The notes under the pieces are model-generated. The model ran no database searches. It was not told where the DNA came from and saw only the letters and a program-made list of their open reading frames with translations. This document shows, piece after piece, positions 1-9,686 of a DNA stretch of 64,000 bases. This stretch comes from Candidatus Peregrinibacteria bacterium (GTDB lineage: Bacteria; Patescibacteriota; Gracilibacteria; UBA1369), in contig OY970195.1 of the NCBI GenBank assembly GCA_963708185.1, positions 1,248,001 through 1,312,000 of the forward strand, given 5' to 3'. Numbering within the stretch: the first letter of the stretch is position 1; the number at the start of each line of letters is the position of its first letter. Both the position numbers and the translations under genes were made by a program.

Positions 1-7
1 CAACCAT

Positions 8-775
8 GTGAAAGTGCTCTACAGCACCGACGGTTCGGAGCAGGCCGCCGACACCTGGCATCAAGTCCAGGACGGGCTTTCTTATGCCAATATTCTGGTG
101 GACGCCCAGGACGGATCGCGCAAGGAGTTCTTTCTGGTCAAAGTGGACCCGCACTTGTTTGAGTTCAAAATCTACAACAATACTGATCAGAAAAAGGCCA
201 AGTCGCTCCAGCAAATTCATCAGGAGCAGAGCTCGGTGCTCACGTTTAACGGGGCGTTCTTTGATACGGATTTCAAGGCGATGGGTTTGCTGCAGGATTC
301 AACCGCGCTTTCGCACGGGCAAGGTTCTTCCGGTTTGATGAACGGGATTTTCCAGGTTTCCAATACGGCCTCGAATCCGCTGGCGCAGGTCCATTCCACG
401 CAAAATGTTCCCGGCGACAAGCAGAGTTTCATGATCCAGAACGGGCCGGTGCTCCTGGACAACGACGGTTCGATCCCGCTGGGTGTGGATACGGGCAAGT
501 TGGCGGCGCGCACGGTCATTGGCGTGGATCGCGACGGCAACGTGATCCTTATTGTGCTGCATCAGAGTCTGATCAACAGCAACAACACACTTTCGCTGTA
601 TTCCCTGGCGCACCTTTTAAAAGAAGACCCGCAGTTCGGGCAACTCGGTTTGCATTCGGTGCTGAACCTGGACGGCGGTCCGTCGACGGGCGTGGTGGTG
701 GGAACGGAATATCTTCCTGAGATCAACAACGTGCAGAATGCGGTCATTACGTTGCCAAGGCAACAGAAACTTTAG
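8..775 (+). CDS. Phosphodiester glycosidase (NAGPA/DUF2233-like) family protein, probably 5'-truncated by the window edge
   Basis: NGAFF, QNGPVLL, ARTVIG and LNLDGGPST motifs typical of the NAGPA family. Confidence 0.75.
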   Translation: MKVLYSTDGSEQAADTWHQVQDGLSYANILVDAQDGSRKEFFLVKVDPHLFEFKIYNNTDQKKAKSLQQIHQEQSSVLTFNGAFFDTDFKAMGLLQDSTALSHGQGSSGLMNGIFQVSNTASNPLAQVHSTQNVPGDKQSFMIQNGPVLLDNDGSIPLGVDTGKLAARTVIGVDRDGNVILIVLHQSLINSNNTLSLYSLAHLLKEDPQFGQLGLHSVLNLDGGPSTGVVVGTEYLPEINNVQNAVITLPRQQKL

Positions 776-787
776 TATGGTACGGGC

Positions 788-1855
788 ATGAACAAGCGAT
801 TTTTCGTTATCGGGGATATTGAGATGGGGGGCGGCGACGTGATGGATGACTTCCATGATGACGACGCGCTCGTGAAGTTTATAAGATATGTGGGGAATGG
901 TGACGAAGCCGTCGGTGCTGGCGCTGGACGTCCGGACGAAGAGGTCGTTCTCATTTTGAACGGCGACACCTTCGATTTTTTGAAGATGGATTATAAAGGG
1001 AAGTATCCCCGGTACATCACGGAAGAGATTTCCATGTGGAAGCTGGAGCGGGTGATGAAGGCGCACCCCGGGGTGTTCAAGGCGCTGGCTGATTTTGCAA
1101 GCATTCCGAAGCGCAGGCTGATCTTTGTCATCGGCAACCATGACGCAGACCTGGCGTGGCCTCAACTCCAACAAAAAATTCTGCACGCGTTGGGCGCGGC
1201 GTCGGGGCACGGCACAAAAGTGGAGTTCACGCACGCCTACGAAGACGAGCATTTTCATGTGCAGCACGGGAACATTATTGATCCGGTGTTCGGGTTCGAT
1301 TACGCCACTCCGATTATTGAGCACAAAGGGAAGAAGATCCTCAACCTGCCGCTGGGGGCGCATATTTCCATGCAGTACCTCACGCCGTTCAAGCGCAAAT
1401 TCCACAAGGAGGAGGCGCTGTATCCGCAGCACGAGGTGCTGGAAAAGTTTCCGGAGTATAAAAAGGAGCTCGGCAAGCTGATGCGGCGGCGTCTGCCGAA
1501 GATTTTTTTGTTCGATCCGATTCTCCATCCGGGTGATCCCATGTACCGCGTACCCTACGGGAGGATTCTGCGGCATCTGCTTCGGCACGGCTTTGACCGC
1601 GTCCACGACGACCGCTTCCTGGATATTGAGGAGCTGGACACGCTGTTCGGCAGAAAACAGGTGTACGTGCTTTCACACGCGCACGTGCTTAAAGACCGCA
1701 TGCACAAGGGCGGAAGGTACCTTTTTGTGGACTGCTGGAGGACCGAGCTCAACGTGCTGAGCCAAGACCTTGCGGGCAAGCCCAAAACCTATGTTGAAAT
1801 CGCCGTTAAAGGTGATACACTGGCCTCTGCCGATCTGAAGGTTTTTGAGGTATAA
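788..1855 (+). CDS. Calcineurin-like metallophosphoesterase
   Basis: GDIE, LNGDTFD, GNHD, HGN and SHAH metal-binding motifs in canonical order. Confidence 0.8.
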   Translation: MNKRFFVIGDIEMGGGDVMDDFHDDDALVKFIRYVGNGDEAVGAGAGRPDEEVVLILNGDTFDFLKMDYKGKYPRYITEEISMWKLERVMKAHPGVFKALADFASIPKRRLIFVIGNHDADLAWPQLQQKILHALGAASGHGTKVEFTHAYEDEHFHVQHGNIIDPVFGFDYATPIIEHKGKKILNLPLGAHISMQYLTPFKRKFHKEEALYPQHEVLEKFPEYKKELGKLMRRRLPKIFLFDPILHPGDPMYRVPYGRILRHLLRHGFDRVHDDRFLDIEELDTLFGRKQVYVLSHAHVLKDRMHKGGRYLFVDCWRTELNVLSQDLAGKPKTYVEIAVKGDTLASADLKVFEV

Positions 1856-1871
1856 TCAAGACGTCGGAATA

Positions 1872-1975
1872 GGGCAAACCTCTCCTCGAACCATTATAAC
1901 TGGGTTATAATGGTCTCGGAGTCCTCCACTCCGACTTCGCGGTTCGCGAAGTCTTCGTTCCGGACCGGTTTGCTC
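1872..1975 (+). ncRNA. Multi-hairpin structured element in the tRNA-Pro leader
   Basis: Closing stem GGCAAACC/GGTTTGCT encloses three perfect hairpins (1890-1914, 1916-1934, 1933-1953); TATAAT at 1851-1856 upstream. Confidence 0.5.
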
Positions 1976-1984
1976 GCAATTGAT

Positions 1985-2060
1985 CGGAGTGTAGCGTAGT
2001 TGGTAGCGCGCACCCATGGGGTGGGTGAGGTCGTGGGTTCGAATCCCGCCACTCCGACCA
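1985..2060 (+). tRNA. tRNA-Pro(GGG)
   Basis: CGGAGTG/CACTCCG acceptor stem, anticodon arm CACCC-ATGGGGT-GGGTG, GGTTCGAATCC T-arm, encoded CCA; 76 nt. Confidence 0.97.
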
Positions 2061-2081
2061 TTGAAATTCGATATTTTTCAT

Positions 2082-2128
2082 TTGACACTTTTTTCGTCAC
2101 ACTCTATCATTCAACTGTATGGTTGAAT
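2082..2128 (+). promoter_or_regulatory. Sigma70 promoter with ArsR-type operator
   Basis: TTGACA(2082)-17 nt-TATCAT(2105); palindrome ATTCAAC-N6-GTTGAAT (2109-2128) overlaps the start codon. Confidence 0.8.
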
Positions 2129-2469
2129 ATTCTTTACAGTTGAATTCGGTTTTTGGGTCGCTTGCTGATGCCACGCGGCGAGATATTCTTCAAAGAGTGG
2201 CAAAGAAAGAACTTTCGGTCGGTGAGATCGCTCAATCTTATCACCTGACCTTTGCCGCTATTTCCAAGCACCTTATGGTCCTGGAAAAAGCTCAACTCAT
2301 CGTTAAACACCGGGAAGGCAAACAACAGTATGTTCAGCTTGCGCCTGCCCAGCTTAAAAATGCGGCTGATTATCTCATCGGCTATCAAAAATTGTGGGAA
2401 GGCCGTCTTGATTCACTCGAACAGTATTTATTAACTCTTCAAACCGATGGGAAACGATCTTCAAAATAA
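2119..2469 (+). CDS. ArsR/SmtB family transcriptional regulator
   Basis: LADATRRDIL...SVGEIA...AISKHLMVLEKAQLI HTH; adjacent to an SRPBCC gene. Confidence 0.9.
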   Translation: MVEYSLQLNSVFGSLADATRRDILQRVAKKELSVGEIAQSYHLTFAAISKHLMVLEKAQLIVKHREGKQQYVQLAPAQLKNAADYLIGYQKLWEGRLDSLEQYLLTLQTDGKRSSK

Positions 2470-3439
2470 CGTGGAAGTCGTTGATGGCGTTCTTATTATT
2501 ACCCGTTTTATCGATGCGCCGCGTGAACTGGTCTTCAAGGCGTGGAGCGAGAAAGACCATCTTGTGAAATGGTGGGGCCAGCCTAAAAATGCAACGATGC
2601 CTTTTTGTGAAGTAAATTTCAAAATCGGCGGCTATTTTCATTTCAAGGTGGAAAATCCCGGATGGCCGGTTGTCTGGGGGAAGGGTATCTATACCGAAAT
2701 CAAAGCGCCTGAACGAATCGCTTTTGATAATTATTTTTCCAATGAAAAAGGGGATCTGATCATGAGTGGTGGTAAGGTTTCCGTTGTCATGCAAGAAATG
2801 AACGACGGGAAAACGAAAATGGTCGTCCATCATTCCGGTATTCATGAAGGAAACGGTGAAAGTCCGGCCCAGGGCACGATGGCCCAGTACAAACAAGGAT
2901 GGTCGGAGTCACTTGACCGTTTGGAGCATGATCTCTCGCACAATCTTCAAAACACGACAAAAACCGTCGATAACGCCGTAATTTTTACCCGTTATTACGA
3001 TGCTCCCCGGGAACTTCTTTGGAAAGTATGGACAACGCCTTCCATGCTGAAGGACTGGTGGGGACCGGACAATGTCGCCATTCCGGAATGTGAAGTTGAT
3101 TTACGCGTAGGCGGGAGATTTTATATTGTGATGGAGGCAGGCGAGGCCATGGGGCCTTTCAAAGGCACCAGATGGCCAATGGATGCCAAGTTTACCGTAG
3201 TGGAGCCAAATTCTGCATTGGCCTATGCTTCGAAAGCCTGGACCGAAGGCGATGAACAGGGAACCGAAATAGAACAAACCACGGAAATTACTTTTGCCGA
3301 TGACCATGGTAAAACCAAAGTGGAAGTGAAAGTTGTTATTTCATCCGTCGGACCAAAAGCCGGAATGGCTGTCCAGGGCATGCAAATGGGCTTCAATCAA
3401 CAGTTCGATAAGCTGGAAAAATATTTGGCAAAATTATAA
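2447..3439 (+). CDS. Tandem SRPBCC (AHSA1-like) domain protein
   Basis: Two copies of TRxxDAPRELxxKxW...WWG; first domain ends GWSESLDRL. Confidence 0.88.
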   Translation: MGNDLQNNVEVVDGVLIITRFIDAPRELVFKAWSEKDHLVKWWGQPKNATMPFCEVNFKIGGYFHFKVENPGWPVVWGKGIYTEIKAPERIAFDNYFSNEKGDLIMSGGKVSVVMQEMNDGKTKMVVHHSGIHEGNGESPAQGTMAQYKQGWSESLDRLEHDLSHNLQNTTKTVDNAVIFTRYYDAPRELLWKVWTTPSMLKDWWGPDNVAIPECEVDLRVGGRFYIVMEAGEAMGPFKGTRWPMDAKFTVVEPNSALAYASKAWTEGDEQGTEIEQTTEITFADDHGKTKVEVKVVISSVGPKAGMAVQGMQMGFNQQFDKLEKYLAKL

Positions 3440-3465
3440 TTCATCATCCCTTATCATTCTACTTT

Positions 3466-3912
3466 ATGATCATGCTTTTACTTTCCCTTGCCGGCGTTGT
3501 CATTGCAATAATTGTTGGATCACTTTGGTATTCCAATGCCACGCCAATGGGAAAGATTCACATGCGGTACCTTGGTTTTGATAAACTGTCGAAAGAGGAG
3601 CAAATGCACAAAATGAAAACTGCCCAACCAATGATGTGGAAGATGTATACCGCACAGATGCTGTTAGCGCTTTTGACATCTTTCGCGGTGGTTTTTATCA
3701 TCACCGAGAGTATACAGAATGGTGTGCCGTTCGCTATGGCTTTAGGATTCATTCTGGTTAACTGGCTCTGTTTCATGGTCCCGGCCATTGGTCAACAAAT
3801 ACTCTGGAGTAATTGTGACCGGAAGATTGCCTGGCAGAAATTCTTCTCGGATATTCTTTGTAATCTGGTGACCGTACTCTTCATTGCAGTCATGACCAGT
3901 TTCTTTGTCTAA
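3466..3912 (+). CDS. DUF1761-like membrane protein
   Basis: Four TM segments with N-terminal GSLWY motif. Confidence 0.6.
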   Translation: MIMLLLSLAGVVIAIIVGSLWYSNATPMGKIHMRYLGFDKLSKEEQMHKMKTAQPMMWKMYTAQMLLALLTSFAVVFIITESIQNGVPFAMALGFILVNWLCFMVPAIGQQILWSNCDRKIAWQKFFSDILCNLVTVLFIAVMTSFFV

Positions 3913-3962
3913 AATTTAAGATTTTGGGTTTTTTGCGGCAGGAGTTTGTGTCCTAACAAATA

Positions 3963-4379
3963 TTACGATGCGAACTTCGCGTAGATGAGTTCTTTGGCTC
4001 TCTGGAGAAATAACAGCGGGGTTGCGAAGTCTTTTTCGCGGATGATGCGTTCGAGGTCGGCGTTGAATTCGTCGACGAGCCGGCCAAAGGCCGCCACGGA
4101 TTCGGGGTCGCTCCTGCGCATGATCATTTCGGCGTAGACGCCGTTTTCGCCCCACCGTTGATCAATCTTTGCGACATATTCTCCATAGTGTTCGCGGGGT
4201 TTTATTTTTTCAATAATTCCCGGGATTTCAGAAGTGACGTAGCCGAGGGTGCTCCAGATGTTCATGGTGTCGTGGTCGAGTTTGTAGCCGTCGTTGAATC
4301 GTTCTTCGGCGTATTGATAGAGTTCAGAATGGGTTTTTCGTTCTTGATCGTCGGCGTGGGGTGAATTTTCCAGAGGCAT
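3963..4379 (-). CDS. Hypothetical protein
   Basis: 138-aa ORF filling the intergenic gap; no recognisable motif. Confidence 0.6.
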   Translation of the reverse strand: MPLENSPHADDQERKTHSELYQYAEERFNDGYKLDHDTMNIWSTLGYVTSEIPGIIEKIKPREHYGEYVAKIDQRWGENGVYAEMIMRRSDPESVAAFGRLVDEFNADLERIIREKDFATPLLFLQRAKELIYAKFAS

Positions 4380-4453
4380 GGGTTTGTGGTGAATAAGTGG
4401 AGCGGATTCTATTCGGGAGCACCTTTTTTGTCAACGGACGTTTTTTCCAACAA

Positions 4454-4482
4454 CAAGAGGCGCACTAAAAGTGCGCCTCTTG
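4454..4482. terminator. Hairpin/terminator
   Basis: CAAGAGGCGCACT-AAA-AGTGCGCCTCTTG perfect inverted repeat just downstream of 4505..4891(-). Confidence 0.7.
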
Positions 4483-4504
4483 GATGTTCTATTGGTCTTG
4501 CGGT

Positions 4505-4891
4505 TTAGTATGCGAGGTATGAGGCGTAGCTGAGGAAGAACCCCGCGATGAGCATGACGATCGCTCCGAAGTAGATCCATGAGCTGGATTTCATTTTCAT
4601 TACTCCGGTGATCCATTTTTCGGGAGCCAGGAAGAAGAAAAGCCCTTTGATGAAAAAGCCCCAGCCGGTCAGGGTGATGAGGAGCCAGAGGTTCCAGGCC
4701 CAGACGTTGTAGATGTTGATGAAGATGAGACCCAGAATGAGCGAAAGGAGTGAAAACGAGAAGAGCTGGTAGTGGTCTTTTTCGAACTTATCGACCAAGC
4801 GCAGCCAGGACTTCGCGTAAAACAATACCGAAAGGCCGAGCACCAGATACATTGGCCCGATAATACGTGCGAGCATTGAAGCATTATCCAT
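4505..4891 (-). CDS. Small four-TM membrane protein
   Basis: Hydrophobic; LARIIGP N-terminus and ITLTGW...KG motif. Confidence 0.7.
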   Translation of the reverse strand: MDNASMLARIIGPMYLVLGLSVLFYAKSWLRLVDKFEKDHYQLFSFSLLSLILGLIFINIYNVWAWNLWLLITLTGWGFFIKGLFFFLAPEKWITGVMKMKSSSWIYFGAIVMLIAGFFLSYASYLAY

Positions 4892-4993
4892 AAGGAGGGG
4901 TGGTTAGGGAATAATGTCTTTACGCCATGGTAGCACTGTTTGCGGGAACAAGCATCAACCTTCCAGAATTTGTGCGGTTTTCCCACGTTTTCC

Positions 4994-5482
4994 TCAGGCG
5001 ACCTTGATTTTGTCGAAGAGGGCGATGAACTGTGTGAGTTCCTTCTGCGTGAGGGCCTTGAAGGCGGGGCAGACGGTTTTCTGGTAGTTTTTTTTGAACT
5101 GTTCGAACTTTTTTTGCGCGGACGGGGTGAGGGTGATCTTGATGCTGCGGCGGTCCTTGGGGTCTTCGGTGCGTTTGACGAGTTTTTTGGTGACGAGGTT
5201 GTTGACGAACTGGGTGATGGCGCCGGGGGTGACGTTCATAAAGGAAGCGAGTTCTTTGACCGAGGTGCCGGCTCCGTCATTCGTTTTGGAGATGAAGAAC
5301 AGGAGCATGACCTGCGGTCTGCCCAGTTTGTATTCGCCAAAGGGATAGCCGTGGCCGGCGTGGAGTGAACGCATCGTCATCATCATTTTTTTGATGAGGG
5401 CGTGGACGAGTTCGTCGCGCGATGTAACGGTTTTGGCGGGTTTTGCGCCAGATTTTGTCGTGGCTTTGGTGGGTTTTGGCAT
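4994..5482 (-). CDS. MarR family regulator
   Basis: SVKELA...TPGAITQFVNNL...DPKDRRS winged HTH. Confidence 0.9.
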   Translation of the reverse strand: MPKPTKATTKSGAKPAKTVTSRDELVHALIKKMMMTMRSLHAGHGYPFGEYKLGRPQVMLLFFISKTNDGAGTSVKELASFMNVTPGAITQFVNNLVTKKLVKRTEDPKDRRSIKITLTPSAQKKFEQFKKNYQKTVCPAFKALTQKELTQFIALFDKIKVA

Positions 5483-5525
5483 GGCGATGTGGTGTTAAGT
5501 GACGGGTTTGGTTCCGCTACCGGTT

Positions 5526-7310
5526 TTAACTTTCACGCTTGCCGTGCAAGAGCATCTCTACCGCGTGTTCCATCGAGCCGGCTTTGATGATCTCGCCGGA
5601 ATTGACAAAGCAGATTTCGTCGGCGTTGCTGATGGTGTTGAGGCGATGCGCGATGATGACCTTGGTGGTTTCTTCGGGAAGTTTCCTGAGGATCTCTTCG
5701 AGGAGCTGTTCGGTCACGGTGTCGATGTTGGCGGTGGCTTCGTCGAGGATGAGGATTTCGGGTTTTCTGAGCACCGAGCGGATGAAGGCGATGAGCTGTT
5801 TTTGGCCCAGGCTGATGGCGTCGCCGCCGCCGGCTAGGTTGGTTTCCAGGCCGTTTTCAAAGCGCGCGAGCAGGTTGGTGAGTCCGGCTTTTTCGATGAT
5901 CTCGCGGAGTTCCTCGTTCGTGCACTGTTGGTACTCTTCGTTGCCGTAGAGGATGTTGTCGCGGACGGTGCCGGCAAAAAGGAAAGGTTCCTGGAGGATG
6001 AAGCCGATGCTGCGCGTGCGGTCGCCCGGTTCGTAGGCGCGGATGTCCTTGCCGTTGAGGAGGATGGTTCCTTCGGTTGGGTCGTAGAGCCTTGCCATGA
6101 GCGAGGCGGTGGTGGTTTTTCCTCCGCCGGTCGGTCCCACGAGGGCGTAGGTTTTGCCCTTCCTGAGGGTGAGATCGATGTTCTTGAGTACGGTCTTGCC
6201 GCCGGGGTAGGCGAAAGACACATCCTTGAATTCGAGGAGATTTTCGGGTGTTGTTCCCTTGGCTTCAATGACGTCCATGTTGGATTTCAATGCGAGCACT
6301 TCCGAAATGCGGTCGAGGCCGGCCATGGCGATCTGGAATGAAGACCAGACGGCCGCCAGCTGGCGGAGCGGGTTGTAGAAATTGTTGACGTAAATGAAGA
6401 AGCCGATGAGCAGACCCACGGTGAGGTTGCCGGAAAGGATGAGCGTGATGCCGTAGGCGAGGACGATGAGCTGGGCCAGGTTGGAGGCCAGTCCGTAAAT
6501 GGGGATGAAGATGTTGCTGGCGATGCCGGCCTTGACCGAGGCACCGAAGTTTTTCTGGTTGGCTTCGTTGAATTTTTCGCGGAAGTAATCTTTGCGGTTG
6601 AAGGCGACGATGACTTTATAGTTTTCGATGCTTTCCTGGATCTCTCCGCTCATGCTGCCGAGGCTCTGAAGGCTGGCGAGGTTTACTTTCTTGACCCACC
6701 CCGAAAGGAACTGGGTGACGATGAGCACTCCGAGGGCGGGGACGAGCGCGGCGGCGCCGAGCTTGATGTTGAGCGAGAGCAGGAAGATGCCCGTGCCGGT
6801 GATCATGAAAAGGCTTCCGATAAGCTGCATCAACGCCTGCGCGAAGAACTGGTTGATCTTGTCGGTGTCGTTGTTCATTCTGGAAATGAGATCACCGGCC
6901 TTGTTCTCGTTGAAGAAGGCCACGGGGAGTTCCTGGAGTTTGTTGAAAATGGCGTTGCGGAGGTTGAAGATGACCCTGCGTCCGATGCCGCCCATGGTCG
7001 AGGTCTGAAGGTAGCTGGCAACGAGTCCGCAGAGGTAGATCACGAGGAGGATGCCCGAAATGGCGAGGAGGCCCTGGTAGTTTCCGGTCTGGATATACTG
7101 GTCGATGGCGTAACTGATGATGATCGGAGCGACGAGATTGGACGCCGAGTTGATGATGATGGAGACGAACGCCACGGCGAGGTTTTTCTTCTCATGTTTG
7201 AGTAAAGGCAGCAGGTTTTTGAGCGCGGACATCATGGTGCGCGCGGTTTTGCCTTTGCCCTTCGGGCCTTTGGGTCCGGGCTGCTGCGATTTGGTCAGCT
7301 GGTAGTTCAT
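5526..7310 (-). CDS. Multidrug ABC exporter, fused TMD-NBD subunit
   Basis: Six TM plus GPTGGGKT, SLGQKQ, ILDEAT, IAHRL. Confidence 0.93.
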   Translation of the reverse strand: MNYQLTKSQQPGPKGPKGKGKTARTMMSALKNLLPLLKHEKKNLAVAFVSIIINSASNLVAPIIISYAIDQYIQTGNYQGLLAISGILLVIYLCGLVASYLQTSTMGGIGRRVIFNLRNAIFNKLQELPVAFFNENKAGDLISRMNNDTDKINQFFAQALMQLIGSLFMITGTGIFLLSLNIKLGAAALVPALGVLIVTQFLSGWVKKVNLASLQSLGSMSGEIQESIENYKVIVAFNRKDYFREKFNEANQKNFGASVKAGIASNIFIPIYGLASNLAQLIVLAYGITLILSGNLTVGLLIGFFIYVNNFYNPLRQLAAVWSSFQIAMAGLDRISEVLALKSNMDVIEAKGTTPENLLEFKDVSFAYPGGKTVLKNIDLTLRKGKTYALVGPTGGGKTTTASLMARLYDPTEGTILLNGKDIRAYEPGDRTRSIGFILQEPFLFAGTVRDNILYGNEEYQQCTNEELREIIEKAGLTNLLARFENGLETNLAGGGDAISLGQKQLIAFIRSVLRKPEILILDEATANIDTVTEQLLEEILRKLPEETTKVIIAHRLNTISNADEICFVNSGEIIKAGSMEHAVEMLLHGKRES

Positions 7311-7318
7311 GAGTATTA

Positions 7319-9058
7319 TTATTCGTAGTTGTTGGTACTCCGTTGCGAGTTATAGATCTGGTTGTATTCCGGCGACGTTTCCATGAGTTTGCGGTGCGTG
7401 CCGGTGGCCACGAGTTCGCCTTCCATCAGGAGGACGATCTGGTCGTAGTGTTCGATCGGGGCGATTTTCTGCGTCACGGAAATGAGGGTGAGGTCGGGAT
7501 AGTTTTTCTGGACGTTGTCGAGGATCTTTTTTTCGGTCTTGTTGTCGACGCGCGCGGTGAAGTCGTCGAGGAGCAGGACTTTGGGGTTGAGGGCGAGCGC
7601 GCGGGCCAGCATGATGCGCTGTTTTTGCCCTCCCGAAAGACTGGTGCCGCGTTCGGACACCACGGTGTCGAGTTTGTCGGGCAGTGAATCGACGAAGTCG
7701 TTGAGTTCGGCGGTTTCGATGGCTTTTTCAAGATCTTTGTCTTTGACCGTGTTGCTGAAGGCGATGTTCTCGCGCAAAGTGAGATTGAAAATGATGCTGT
7801 CCTGAAAGACGAAGCCGACCTGCCGGTGGAGGGCTTCTTTCTGGTACTTGTCGATGTCCTCGCCGTCGTATTCGATGATGCCGGCGGTGGGTTCAAGGAG
7901 CCCGGTGAGGAGGTAGAGGAGCTGGGTTTTTCCGGCGGCGGTTGGTCCGATGACGGCGGTCTTGGTCCCCGCTTTGGCGGTGAAAGAAACGTCTTTGAGT
8001 GCGCTTTTTTCTCCGTAGGTCACGGTGATGTTCCTGGCCGAGACGTCGCCGTGCAGACGCGCGGTGATGTCTCCGGTGTCTTTTTTATGTTCGGCGGTGA
8101 GGACTTCGGCGATGCGCTGGTACGAAGCCGCGGAGCGGGCGATGACGTTGCTCATGAAGCCGATGATGATGATGGGGAAGATCAGGATTGCGAGGTAGCT
8201 GTTGAATGCGGTGAAGTTTCCAAGCGTCATGCTTCCGGAGATGACGAAATGTCCGCCGAGCGTCAGAATGATGAGCGTGGCGAGGTTCGTGGAGAACATG
8301 ATGACCGGGATGAGACTCGCGAAAAGGTTGACGATGCTCAGGCCGATATCTTTGGCTTCGGTGTTGGCCACGAGGAATTTCTGATATTCATACTGCTGCG
8401 AATTGAGGATGCGGATGAGGGCGGCACCGAGAATGCTTTCGTTGATGACCTTGTTGAGCCAGTCTATGTTTTCCTGGGATTTTTTGAAAAGCTGGCGCAC
8501 CTTTCTCAACACTAAAAAGAACGTGGTCCCAATGATGGGAACCATGACGAGGACGGCGAGACCGAGCTGCCAGTTCGTGATCAACAGCAGCGTGCTGGCG
8601 CCCACGATCAGAAACACCGAGGAGATGATGGAGGCGATGGCCTGCGACACGAAGGTTTTGACGTTGTCGGCGTCCGAGGTGAGATTGGTGAGGAGTTTTG
8701 AGGGCGTTGCACTCTGGATGTAGGCGTAATCCTGTTTTGAAATTTTTTCGGCGAGTTTTCGGCGCAGATCCCTGGCCACAAGTTCGGAGGTGTAGGTCTG
8801 GACGATGCTCTGGAGATAGGTGAAAATAAAGATCAGCACCGCGACGACCGCGAACTGGATGATGACGGTCTGCAGGGCAAAATTGCCGTTGGTGAAGCTG
8901 TCGATGCCCCCCGCGATGATCTGGGGCACGGCGAGGTTGAGCGCGTTCGCGGCAATCGTCAGCACGACGAGCAGGGCGATCCATTTTTTATAGTCCTTGA
9001 GGAGTCCGAAGAGGCTCGGGCCGTTCGGTTTTGCGGGCGGTTTTGACTTTGTAGTCAT
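7319..9058 (-). CDS. Multidrug ABC exporter, fused TMD-NBD subunit (degenerate site)
   Basis: GPTAAGKT, LSGGQKQR; Walker B LLDD and switch TQK are degenerate, as in heterodimeric TM287/288-type exporters. Confidence 0.93.
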   Translation of the reverse strand: MTTKSKPPAKPNGPSLFGLLKDYKKWIALLVVLTIAANALNLAVPQIIAGGIDSFTNGNFALQTVIIQFAVVAVLIFIFTYLQSIVQTYTSELVARDLRRKLAEKISKQDYAYIQSATPSKLLTNLTSDADNVKTFVSQAIASIISSVFLIVGASTLLLITNWQLGLAVLVMVPIIGTTFFLVLRKVRQLFKKSQENIDWLNKVINESILGAALIRILNSQQYEYQKFLVANTEAKDIGLSIVNLFASLIPVIMFSTNLATLIILTLGGHFVISGSMTLGNFTAFNSYLAILIFPIIIIGFMSNVIARSAASYQRIAEVLTAEHKKDTGDITARLHGDVSARNITVTYGEKSALKDVSFTAKAGTKTAVIGPTAAGKTQLLYLLTGLLEPTAGIIEYDGEDIDKYQKEALHRQVGFVFQDSIIFNLTLRENIAFSNTVKDKDLEKAIETAELNDFVDSLPDKLDTVVSERGTSLSGGQKQRIMLARALALNPKVLLLDDFTARVDNKTEKKILDNVQKNYPDLTLISVTQKIAPIEHYDQIVLLMEGELVATGTHRKLMETSPEYNQIYNSQRSTNNYE

Positions 9059-9081
9059 AAATTTTAGTTTAGCGCCATATT

Positions 9082-9110
9082 ATTTTAGTTGCTAAACTAA
9101 TTTCTGTCAA
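9082..9110 (-). promoter_or_regulatory. Sigma70 promoter with MarR-like operator
   Basis: Minus-strand TTGACA-17-TAAAAT; palindrome TTAGTT-GCTA-AACTAA (9085-9100) covers the spacer and -10. Confidence 0.75.
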
Positions 9111-9135
9111 CACCTTTCTGAACTTCTGCAGACCG

Positions 9136-9681
9136 CTAGTCAATTTTTGCGTTACGCCGATACTGGATAATAAACATTATTCCAATGAGCAGGATCGGCA
9201 TTCCAAGAGCTACGGGCAGAACTTCCCCCGGATTAAGATTTTTTTTGGGGTTCACGGTAAAGTCGGTGATGATGCTGGCAATGGGAGTGTCGTTCCCGGC
9301 TACTTCAGCTATCACGGTCAGTGCATAGACACCCGCTTTTACAAAGTGGATTTTCCAGTTTAAAGGAAGGATTTGTCCAGGAGCGATTGTGCCAATGTAG
9401 AGCCCCTTTTCGGCGCTCCAGTCTTCCAAGTCAACGGGCAGTTTATTTGCCGTGTCCACAAGGGACAGGTACGTGGTGATATTGTTGATGTTTTTTTGGG
9501 TGCTATTGGTAATTTGCCCGGTCACGGTTACGTAGTCTCCCGCGGTTCCATTGAGGGTTTTTGCCGATGAAATGGTGATATTTACAGGCATTGAACTGGC
9601 TTGCGGCCTGTTCGCAAGTGCCATAGGCGTAAGAAGCAGTTCTGCAATCAAGAGTATGATAGTTGTACCGAGTATTTTCAT
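9136..9681 (-). CDS. Secreted Ig-like protein with C-terminal membrane anchor
   Basis: Signal peptide, beta-rich body, C-terminal TM followed by RR. Confidence 0.65.
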   Translation of the reverse strand: MKILGTTIILLIAELLLTPMALANRPQASSMPVNITISSAKTLNGTAGDYVTVTGQITNSTQKNINNITTYLSLVDTANKLPVDLEDWSAEKGLYIGTIAPGQILPLNWKIHFVKAGVYALTVIAEVAGNDTPIASIITDFTVNPKKNLNPGEVLPVALGMPILLIGIMFIIQYRRNAKID

Positions 9682-9686
9682 ATCAT

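Noticed and set aside
2049-2060. attL/attR pair from integration at tRNA-Pro
   Set aside because: No downstream duplicate of the tRNA 3' end and no integrase seen; the only partial copy is upstream in the leader
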